Source of the DNA: Myxococcota bacterium
GTDB taxonomy: Bacteria > Myxococcota_A > UBA796 > GCA-2862545
Length of the DNA: 64,000 nucleotides
Direction: 5' to 3'
NCBI GenBank assembly: GCA_039208735.1
Contig: JBCCQY010000012.1
Span: 30,336 to 94,335, forward strand
A program made the position numbers and the translations under genes. Position 1 is the first letter of the stretch. Each line of letters starts with the position of its first letter. Below the pieces are notes generated by a model that saw only the letters and a list, made by a program, of their open reading frames with translations, did not search any database and had not been told where the DNA came from. Shown one piece after another: positions 37,573-45,794 of the stretch.

Positions 37573-38508
37573 TTAGCGCATCGCCTCGACGGTACGCTCC
37601 AACTCTTCGTTGATGCGCTGCAGCGGCTGAAGCAGGCGCTCAAACTGCAAGAACCACCGCAGCCAGGTGTCGTCGGACTGTTCGGGCCCAGGAATCTCGG
37701 CGTTCACCCTACGAAGGAACTCGGTGAACTGTCCGATGCGGTCGGTGGTCTGGGGAAGCGGATGGAAGAAATCGTGGCCGTAGCTGATCAATGTGCCTGC
37801 AGAGCGGTACAGCACACGGTCGGCGGTCCCCTCTTCGATGAGCATGAATTCGGCACTGATGAGTGCGCTCATGAAGGCAACCAGTCCGATGGACTGCTCT
37901 TGTAGGGTCGCGGTGCGGAAGAGGTTGTTGATGATCTGGCGAGACAGTCGGATGAACTCGACGATGCGAGGTTTGAGATAGGACTCGGCGGCGCGGATCT
38001 GACGTCCGGCGCGGGGGACGGGCAGCTGGACTTGCACAAGCCGACCCAGCCGGACCGTGAGTCGAGTCAGGGCGACCCCCTCTTCAGGTTCTTCGTTCGC
38101 CGGAAGCAGGCGCGGGGCCACGCTCTCCACGACACGGGACTCCTTTTCGTCGGCCGTGTCGTAGACATGGCGTTTGCTATCGGTGTCGGGCTGTTCCAGG
38201 TGAAACAGCCACAGGATGTATTCGCCGTCTTGTTTCGGAACCTCGAGCGGCACCACCACGTCCTGATGGAGGTGCACGCCTTGTCCGGTGCGGGCGATGC
38301 CGAAGCCCGACTTGACGACGGCGGTGTACTTCTTACGTCGCTGCTCGAGTTCGACCTGAAGACCCTGAACGATCCCGAAGCCATGCAGATAGAGGGCGTG
38401 CCGCTTCAGGGCGTGGCGATGGTAGGCCTGCTCGTCGGCCAGGTCCGTCGCGGTAATGGCGAGGCCCGGAAACGGGTTCAGGCGCTTGAGCTGGGAAGGC
38501 ACGGACAT
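37573..38508 (-). CDS. CIS baseplate-attached protein (fibre-anchor-like N-terminus, helical C-terminus)
   Basis: RLNPFPG...DLADEQAYH...HGFGIVQGLQV, a pattern seen at the start of CIS fibre/baseplate-attached proteins; lies after gpI. Confidence 0.6.
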   Translation of the reverse strand: MSVPSQLKRLNPFPGLAITATDLADEQAYHRHALKRHALYLHGFGIVQGLQVELEQRRKKYTAVVKSGFGIARTGQGVHLHQDVVVPLEVPKQDGEYILWLFHLEQPDTDSKRHVYDTADEKESRVVESVAPRLLPANEEPEEGVALTRLTVRLGRLVQVQLPVPRAGRQIRAAESYLKPRIVEFIRLSRQIINNLFRTATLQEQSIGLVAFMSALISAEFMLIEEGTADRVLYRSAGTLISYGHDFFHPLPQTTDRIGQFTEFLRRVNAEIPGPEQSDDTWLRWFLQFERLLQPLQRINEELERTVEAMR

Positions 38509-38525
38509 GGGGAATTCCTCGTCGC

Positions 38526-39629
38526 TCAGCCGCGAGCGTCGTCGAAGCGGATCACGAAGTGCACGTGGGTGGGGCGCTCGGCGCTTACCACGTTGATGAT
38601 GCGTCGAATGACCTGGCCTGCACGTTCGCCGAACCGCTCCCGGAAGCGCTCGAGTCGTTCGAGACGCAGGGTGAAGAAGGACGTTGGCTTGTAGCCATGG
38701 GGCTCGTACGCGTAAAAAGCGGGAGGTTCGGAACGTTCGTAGCGCTCGACCGGATCCGGGCCGCCGGCCAGTGTGGCTTTGCCCAGTACGAAGGGCTGGG
38801 GGGAGCGGCGCTCCTCAATGCGGGCGGGGGCCGAGGTGAGCACGCGAACCATCTCTTCGATGCCGGCGCGGGTCCCTCGCATGCGCATGAGTCGAATGGC
38901 CCGCCGCACGAGTTCACGTTGCTGGTGAACCGGCAGCGAAGCGTCGAGGTCGAAGCCCACCCAGCTCGCCAACCAAGGTAGAAACTTGGCTTCGATGGCC
39001 ATCGGGTCGGTGAGGTTTGGAATCGCATCGATCTCGTCGGTCACCGACGTCATCACATGCTGGAACATCAAGAGCATGCGTCGAACCGGCTCTTCGTCGA
39101 CCGCGAGTTCTTCGATGTGGTGCTCGTCAGGAAGCGCTCGAACCTGACGATTCGGAATCGTGGTGAGCTGCCGGGCCTGAACCGGGCCTTCCCCTTGGAA
39201 CAGTGAGGGCAGGAAGCGCAGGTAGCTGCGCACCGGCACGTGCAGGACCAGTTCGTCGTCGGAAAACAACATGCGGGTTTGGCCGATCGAGCCCAACGCC
39301 CGCGCCTTCACCTGCACGAGGTGGTCAGGAACGTAGTAGCTGGCTGCCTCACCGGTCTGAAGCAGCCGCTCGGACCGGACGAAGGACCGCTGACTCGAGT
39401 TTCGATGGATGATCTCGACTTCGCGGACCACACCCACCCGCTCTCCCCGCATGGCTTCGGTGAACCGCAAGCGAATGGGGTTCGCCATGTGGCGATGCAG
39501 GTAAGCGCGGGCTTCTCGAAAGGGAAAGCTCAACTGCACGACCTGCTCGAGGTAGAGCAAGTCCGTTGTGGGGCGGCGGAGAACCAACGCTTGGCGACCT
39601 CCGCGTGCAGGCATGCGACGACGCCTCAC
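38526..39629 (-). CDS. Phage tail protein I (P2 gpI/gp7-like) baseplate protein
   Basis: YLRFLPSLF, FLPWLASWVG, RGTRAGI, ERPTHV. Confidence 0.85.
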   Translation of the reverse strand: MRRRRMPARGGRQALVLRRPTTDLLYLEQVVQLSFPFREARAYLHRHMANPIRLRFTEAMRGERVGVVREVEIIHRNSSQRSFVRSERLLQTGEAASYYVPDHLVQVKARALGSIGQTRMLFSDDELVLHVPVRSYLRFLPSLFQGEGPVQARQLTTIPNRQVRALPDEHHIEELAVDEEPVRRMLLMFQHVMTSVTDEIDAIPNLTDPMAIEAKFLPWLASWVGFDLDASLPVHQQRELVRRAIRLMRMRGTRAGIEEMVRVLTSAPARIEERRSPQPFVLGKATLAGGPDPVERYERSEPPAFYAYEPHGYKPTSFFTLRLERLERFRERFGERAGQVIRRIINVVSAERPTHVHFVIRFDDARG

Positions 39630-42600
39630 GCCTCCTCCGAGAGGATACGCACGTGGCGAATGACGAAGAGATCATGGCGATCTTGCGTCAGCAGGTCGCT
39701 TCCTTCGCCTTGCTCCCAGCCGGGGGCGGTATCGGTGCGATCCGGAGCGATCGCATAGACCGCGACCTCCACGACGTGCCGGATGTCAGGCAGATCGGTC
39801 ACGATTCGGGCGAAGTCCTGGGCGAACAGAGGACCCTTAAACGGCCATCCGTCGCCGTCGAGGCCGCCTTTGTAGGGGTCGAGGAACCGGCGCACCCATG
39901 CCTCGGCGTGGTCGCGCACGGCGACGAAGTTGGTGTTTGGGCGCAGCCGCAGGGTGACGGACACGTCGACGGGTTGGAAGGTGGCCAGCCGTACGATGGG
40001 TTGCACATTGATGAGGCACCGCTTGGATAGGTAGCGCTGAACGTGGTCCTTGAGGCCCGCAGAGAGGAAGGGATCGGGAATCACTTCGTCTTCGCGACGC
40101 TGGGGCAGGATGACCACCTCGACTTCGCCATCGTCGGTCATCGCCCCCCCGCATGCCGCGCGTGCCACTTCGGCGGAGGACTGTTTGGCGATGACTTCGA
40201 AATCCAACCGAGTGACCGCGCGATCGCGGCTGGTGAGCACCGAGGGGGCTCGTCGAATGATCTCGTTGATGCTCTCGGAGTCACGTCCGCCGTTGGCCGG
40301 CAGCGTGTTCGTGACATTGACGAACTCGGCGTTCAGCTGGCTCGACGCAATCTCGTAGGGACCGACATTGCCGTCCGAGCCGGGAACCGCGTGGTAGACC
40401 TCGACCGACACGTTGAAGTTGCCAACGGGCAGCATGCGACCGCGAATCCCGTTGCCGAACGTCAGCGTACCCTCAACGGGGTCAACCACGAACACCCGGT
40501 CATCCTTGCTCGCCATGAGCAAGGTGTTCCCGACCGCGCGTCGCCACTCGCGGCGGGCGCCATCATCTTCCCGCACCGTCACCCGGATGTCGGCAAAGCG
40601 GTCCGGATGCGCAAAGACGTTGTCGCCCTCGTCAGGGTGCAGGTAAAGCGGAAAACGTCGCAGCTGAATGACCTGATTGGGGGTGCCCAGCCCGTTGAAG
40701 CGCTCGGTGCGGAACTCGTGGAGGTTCACCGCCTCGACCGTGTTCAGCATGATGTGCGAGATGGGCGGGAAGGCGGGTAGCGGGTTTTCGCTTCGCAACA
40801 GCGCTCGAAGCCACGTGCCGGCCGCTGGCGGTGGGGCGATGACCTCGGGCATTTCGAACTCGAGCGTCCCCGTGCGGGCGAGTGTGTAGGAGCCTTCCCC
40901 CGAGGTCAGGCGGCGCCACCGGGTCGCTCCGTGCCCGGCGTCTTCGAGCATCTCCCAGATGACGTCCACATCTTCGGGAAGGAAGGTCTCACCGCGCGTG
41001 CGGAAGGTGATGGCGTGTCGCTGGCCCACCGGCAAGGGACGTGACAGCTTTAGGTACAGCGCGGTGTGCTCGGTGGGGTCGTCGTCGGTACCGAGCGTGT
41101 CTTTGATGGCAATGAAGGTATCGAACGGGTGGTGCTCCGACAGTCGCCCTGAGGAACGCACAATCGCCCGCGAAAGGCGACGGTTCTGATCGCGGTACTC
41201 GACAGTGGCGGCCTTCAAGCCAGGCATCGGTTGTTCGAAGGCGTTCTTGCCTGTGACCCCGTCGACCGACAGCCGAACCGCGTGCACCACGAGCGAGATG
41301 GGCTGGGGAGGGGTTTGGGGATCGGGGGCGTACGAAAGATCGGCCTTCGTCATTTCGATCCGCAGCCACGACGACTCAATGTCGTTCAGCTTGGCCCGAT
41401 GGATGCCTTTCAAACTCGACCGGGGGTCGAGGGAAATCGCGATGCGCCGTCGGCCGGGGATGCGGGCGCCCTCGGGATCGAGGTCGGCGAAGGTGAACCG
41501 AGAGAAGCGACCATCATCGGTGTGGACGACCTGCCACGTTGTGTTGGTGCGGTACGTGAGCTGCAGGTGGTAGTCGGTCGTGGGCTCCTCGATGGGGTCG
41601 CCGTCGAGGGTGAAGGAAACCTCGAGTTCGAGAAGGACGCCGCGCTGGGCCCGATTGTCGAGCAAGTCGCTGCCGATGAGGAACTTCATGCCCACCAGAG
41701 GAGGGATGGTCGGTCCTCCGAGCTGGAACGGCGTGATGGGCAACGTGGTGGGGTCGATCGGGAAGGCTGCGTTGACGTCGGACCCGGAAGAGAGATGGAC
41801 CACCACCGGACGCATCCAGGTGGCCTTCATCTCGAGATTGGGCATCATCGCCCGCAGGTAGACGGTCTCGATGCGCTCTGCGCGCAGGTTGTAGCCGTCC
41901 ATCGCCATGTCGGCGAAGGGCCCCGTGAGCAAAATGGATGTGCTCTGGTAGCGCACGCGGTCGGCCGGCACTTCGATCCAGGATTCCTGGGTGCGGTAGC
42001 TGAACCGATAGCGGGGAAAGTACGCGTTACGGCCGGCGGGCATCGACCGGTCGACCATCGTGAGCTTGACCGTCCATCCTGCTCGAATGGGTGGCATGTC
42101 TTGGACGAACAACTCGATGGAGCGTCCGGTGGCGCGAACTTCCCAGTTGCTGATGAGTCGCTCGTCGCCACCGCGGTCGTCACGCCAGTGGATTTCGAGG
42201 TCCTCTTCCATACGTTGGGCAAGCCACCGTTCGTAGTCCACCGCGCCGCGGATCCAATGGCGCTCGGTGTTCAAGGGCTCAGGAATGGGGAACGGATCGT
42301 CGTCGACCCCGAAGTGCTCGACGGGGGCTTGGTCAGGGAGGTGTCCGACAAGCGTGATGTCGGGCATGCCGAGCACCCGCTCCGATTCCTCCACGACATC
42401 GAGGGGAACCCACCCTTCTGCGGTTCGGCGTTCCCAACGGAAGAGCCCGGCCAGCGGAAGCTCGGTTTCGGTCTCGGTTCGCAGGCGCATGCGGCCGGCG
42501 GGATTCTCGGCCGTGACCTCAAAATCCATCAACGCAAAGTCGTCGTGGGCCAAGTACAGGTATTGGTGGGACGTGTAGGCGTGTGGACCGTGGGCCACGT

Positions 42601-43129
42601 CATCCATGACGAACGGTTGCAGGCCTGCGCTTCCACCGAGGCGGAGCACGGCTGGCGTCTCTGGATCGCGCACAAACGAGATCTCGCGCACGCGCGGCCT
42701 GGGCGATGCGTGCACCGCCACCACTCGCTCGGTGATGCCACTGTGCACCGTGACGTGGTCGCTGGTCACGAAGTGGACCTGACTGCCCCCATCCCCGCTT
42801 CGGGTCGAGACCCGAGAGAAGGCGCCGAACTCGACCGCGTCTCCTTCCTCATCCCGCAGCGTAAAGGTCACCGGCACCGTGGCCGCATTGGCATGTCGAC
42901 GCTCTTCGCCAATGAAGTTCAAGAAGTGAACGTACGTCTTGTCCGGGACCCGATTGAGACGGAAGATCGTCATCTCCGTCATCCAGGCAAACAGCTGCAC
43001 CAGCGTCATGCCGGGGTCGGCATCGGAAAGGTTGGTCCAGTCAGGGCAGTACTGTGGGATCAGGGCGCGGGCTTCGCGGACGATGTCGTCGTAGTTGCGA
43101 TCGTCGAGATCCGGGGGCTTGATGGGCAT
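39626..43129 (-). CDS. Large baseplate J/gp6-like wedge protein (Afp11-like)
   Basis: PDLDDRNY, WTNLSDADPGMTL, RLNRVPDK, FGNGIRG, RAVTRLDFE, GWPF. Confidence 0.92.
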   Translation of the reverse strand: MPIKPPDLDDRNYDDIVREARALIPQYCPDWTNLSDADPGMTLVQLFAWMTEMTIFRLNRVPDKTYVHFLNFIGEERRHANAATVPVTFTLRDEEGDAVEFGAFSRVSTRSGDGGSQVHFVTSDHVTVHSGITERVVAVHASPRPRVREISFVRDPETPAVLRLGGSAGLQPFVMDDVAHGPHAYTSHQYLYLAHDDFALMDFEVTAENPAGRMRLRTETETELPLAGLFRWERRTAEGWVPLDVVEESERVLGMPDITLVGHLPDQAPVEHFGVDDDPFPIPEPLNTERHWIRGAVDYERWLAQRMEEDLEIHWRDDRGGDERLISNWEVRATGRSIELFVQDMPPIRAGWTVKLTMVDRSMPAGRNAYFPRYRFSYRTQESWIEVPADRVRYQSTSILLTGPFADMAMDGYNLRAERIETVYLRAMMPNLEMKATWMRPVVVHLSSGSDVNAAFPIDPTTLPITPFQLGGPTIPPLVGMKFLIGSDLLDNRAQRGVLLELEVSFTLDGDPIEEPTTDYHLQLTYRTNTTWQVVHTDDGRFSRFTFADLDPEGARIPGRRRIAISLDPRSSLKGIHRAKLNDIESSWLRIEMTKADLSYAPDPQTPPQPISLVVHAVRLSVDGVTGKNAFEQPMPGLKAATVEYRDQNRRLSRAIVRSSGRLSEHHPFDTFIAIKDTLGTDDDPTEHTALYLKLSRPLPVGQRHAITFRTRGETFLPEDVDVIWEMLEDAGHGATRWRRLTSGEGSYTLARTGTLEFEMPEVIAPPPAAGTWLRALLRSENPLPAFPPISHIMLNTVEAVNLHEFRTERFNGLGTPNQVIQLRRFPLYLHPDEGDNVFAHPDRFADIRVTVREDDGARREWRRAVGNTLLMASKDDRVFVVDPVEGTLTFGNGIRGRMLPVGNFNVSVEVYHAVPGSDGNVGPYEIASSQLNAEFVNVTNTLPANGGRDSESINEIIRRAPSVLTSRDRAVTRLDFEVIAKQSSAEVARAACGGAMTDDGEVEVVILPQRREDEVIPDPFLSAGLKDHVQRYLSKRCLINVQPIVRLATFQPVDVSVTLRLRPNTNFVAVRDHAEAWVRRFLDPYKGGLDGDGWPFKGPLFAQDFARIVTDLPDIRHVVEVAVYAIAPDRTDTAPGWEQGEGSDLLTQDRHDLFVIRHVRILSEEA

Positions 43130-43150
43130 GGAGTCGGGATCCCTGGTTGA

Positions 43151-43531
43151 TCAGCCGGTGATCAGAAGGTCGAGTTCTTGGAGTTGTTGGTTGCTCTTGA
43201 TTCGATAGGACACGGACACGCGCATCACGCCGCTCGAATCAGGCTCAGAGTCGATTTGTACGATGTCGATGCGAGGCTCCCAGCGCTCGAGTGCATCGCG
43301 GACGTGCCTCGCTACGAGCGTGCCGGTGACCGAGGTGTTGGGAGCAAACATCAGTTCGTGGATGCGACACCCGAATTCGGGCATGCGCTGGCGTTCACCG
43401 GGCTTGGTGCCGAGGATGACGGTGATCGACTCTTGGATGTTGCGTTCGTACGCCGAAAGACGGACGCCGCCGGAAGAGTTGTCGAACTGGAAGGGAAAGC
43501 CCCACCCACGCCCCAGGAACTCCTTGCTCAT
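43151..43531 (-). CDS. GPW/gp25 baseplate protein (Afp9-like)
   Basis: FLGRGWGFPF, TKPGER..PEFGC, WEPRI. Confidence 0.93.
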   Translation of the reverse strand: MSKEFLGRGWGFPFQFDNSSGGVRLSAYERNIQESITVILGTKPGERQRMPEFGCRIHELMFAPNTSVTGTLVARHVRDALERWEPRIDIVQIDSEPDSSGVMRVSVSYRIKSNQQLQELDLLITG

Positions 43532-44697
43532 GTTCCTTCCTTGGCGCTGGCGTTCGCACAAAAGCTGATCTCGGTTTGGCCCGAGAACACATTCGAGACG
43601 AACTCGTACCGGCACCCCACGACCCAGACCCCGACTTGAAATTCAGGAAGGTCGTTGTCAGGGGCTGCGAATCGAAGTGTGGTCGTGGGCCAGACGAAGC
43701 CATGGCTCAGTACCGCTCGGCCGCGCAGCATGTTGCGCGACATGCGTTCGAGTTCAGCTTTCACCAATGGTCTGGCGTCATTGGTGAGAATCTGGAGATT
43801 GTCGAGTGAGGAAGGGCCGTGCCAAAGGCTCCGAAGGGCGCCCCGGTCGTCGTAGATGTTTTCGACACTCGCACTGATCAGTTCGTACTTTCCTTCCCCG
43901 TCTTGTGCGTTCACGCTCAGGCTGCCAGGTACGCCCATCGGAGAAATCGTGAAGTCCAGTTGTTCAAGGACGGGACGTTCACGAATCACCTTTGCCTTGC
44001 TCTCATCCTGGAAAACAGGCTTGACAAGGTCGACCACGCCGAACGATAGCTTGTCGGATTTGGGACGAGCAAGGATCAATGCACCATTACGCGCGGCGAG
44101 GCGACGGAGGAACGTCAGGTCCGACTCAGCTCGCTGAAAGATGTGCTCGCGGGGGGTGGTACCGACGTTCGCTTGGAGTGTGCCCTCGAGTTCAAGCGTT
44201 CCCTTGCTGTGACTGCGGGTGGTGTCGCCGAGCACATCCTTAATCGCGGCGGCGTCATTGACTTCTTTCTGATTCCCGCCTTGGCCCGAGTCTTTACTCT
44301 TGTGCCAGTTTCGCGTGGTCCGCGTGGCGCGGAGGAAATGCAATGCGTCATGGGCGATGACGGTCATCAGGTACTTTCCGGTCTCGGAAAACGAGAAGCG
44401 GAGACCTGTGATCACGCCCTGGAAGGTGTTCTGGCCCGTGGCCGATCCCCAAGGTGTCGTCACGGGCTTGGAGAGGTCTTCCTCGTCGAACATGGGCACG
44501 CGAATCCCAATGGGGTCGCCTACTTTGAACTTGTCCCAGTGTTTATGGGAGTTCTTCGTGAGGGTTAGTTCGGCTCGGCCTACCAAGTCGACGTGCACAT
44601 GCAGCATCAGACGCTCGGGGGTGAGGCTCTCCCCCTCGCCGGTAGAACTGAAGACCTTGTCTCCGACTTCGATGCGGTACGTCTTGCTCTGGGGCAT
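43528..44697 (-). CDS. gpD/gp27-like baseplate hub (short VgrG-like, no gp5 spike)
   Basis: FQGVITG, AHDALHFL, QRAESDLTFLRRLAARNG; lies between the tube initiator and gp25. Confidence 0.75.
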   Translation of the reverse strand: MPQSKTYRIEVGDKVFSSTGEGESLTPERLMLHVHVDLVGRAELTLTKNSHKHWDKFKVGDPIGIRVPMFDEEDLSKPVTTPWGSATGQNTFQGVITGLRFSFSETGKYLMTVIAHDALHFLRATRTTRNWHKSKDSGQGGNQKEVNDAAAIKDVLGDTTRSHSKGTLELEGTLQANVGTTPREHIFQRAESDLTFLRRLAARNGALILARPKSDKLSFGVVDLVKPVFQDESKAKVIRERPVLEQLDFTISPMGVPGSLSVNAQDGEGKYELISASVENIYDDRGALRSLWHGPSSLDNLQILTNDARPLVKAELERMSRNMLRGRAVLSHGFVWPTTTLRFAAPDNDLPEFQVGVWVVGCRYEFVSNVFSGQTEISFCANASAKEGT

Positions 44698-44717
44698 GCG
44701 CGAACCTCTTCAATGAA

Positions 44718-45794
44718 TCAGAATGGCGGTTCGAAATCAGGGATGTCGTTGACCTCGCCCAAGGTCGGGACCGTCGGCGCATCGGGAGAACCGGGCAGCT
44801 TGCGGGCCAGGCTGTCGGCGGCATCTTGGACTTCACCCAGTTTCTGATTGACCCGCTTGATCGGCGCGTTGATGTCGTCGACCACCTTCTGCGCGACTTG
44901 ACGGGTCTCTTCGATCTCCTTGCGAACTTCGTCGGCCTTGGCGTTGACCTTGTCGACGGTGTCTTCGACGTCGGAGATGGCTTCCCGGACCGTGTCGATG
45001 GCGGCCAACACGTCGCCCTCGGTAATGCCCATCACGCTTTTGGGAGCAAGGTCTCGGAACTTCTGGCGAAGGTTCTCTGCCATTGCGCTCGTGTCGGGAA
45101 TGGTCAGGGAATCGAGCGAGAAATCGTCGAGCCCGAGTGGATCTTCGATGCCGTTGGCCAGCGCCATGTCTTGCTCCGACACCCCGTACTTGCTCGCCAT
45201 GGCACCCAGGCTGGAGCCGGGTGAAGGCGCAATCCGCTTGAGCATGGGCGGCAAGAGCGAAGATTGGCTACCGCTCTTCAGCTCGTCGTCGGTGCGGTCC
45301 GTGGTCATGGATACGGTGACGCGGGCGCGCAGCGGCACTCCCTTGGCGCTGAACATCAAGAACGTCGTGTTGATCGACTCGATCACCCCGGTGAAATCGA
45401 AGGGACCCCAAACGAATTGCACGCGATTGGGACGGCTTTCCGCGTCTTTGGATTTGGAGTCGCTGTCTTCGGCTTCGGGTTTCGACAATGCCAAGAACGA
45501 CCGCAACGGCCTTACGTACTGCTCGTTGACGTTGACCGGGTCGTCGTCCATGGAAGCTCCCCCCTTAGGAATGGTCGTGTCGAACACGAGTTCCATGGAG
45601 AGCTTGGCTCCGTCGCTTCCGTTGAAGTCCTTGCGGTCACCGGACTGCTCGCCTTGGTCGGGGGTGTAGTTCGCCCGATCGTCGAGCTTCAGCTCTTTGG
45701 GATTGAACTGGACGTGGAAGGTCGTGTCCGTCGTCTTCTGGTCGACGTTGATGAAGTGCGCCTTCTGGAGCGCGACCCCGTTGCTATTGGCCAT
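44718..45794 (-). CDS. CIS tube initiator with LysM-like segment and coiled-coil tail (Afp7-like)
   Basis: VQFNPKEL, ELVFDT, FVWG, F...GVPLRA.V, ANGIEDP. Confidence 0.85.
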   Translation of the reverse strand: MANSNGVALQKAHFINVDQKTTDTTFHVQFNPKELKLDDRANYTPDQGEQSGDRKDFNGSDGAKLSMELVFDTTIPKGGASMDDDPVNVNEQYVRPLRSFLALSKPEAEDSDSKSKDAESRPNRVQFVWGPFDFTGVIESINTTFLMFSAKGVPLRARVTVSMTTDRTDDELKSGSQSSLLPPMLKRIAPSPGSSLGAMASKYGVSEQDMALANGIEDPLGLDDFSLDSLTIPDTSAMAENLRQKFRDLAPKSVMGITEGDVLAAIDTVREAISDVEDTVDKVNAKADEVRKEIEETRQVAQKVVDDINAPIKRVNQKLGEVQDAADSLARKLPGSPDAPTVPTLGEVNDIPDFEPPF

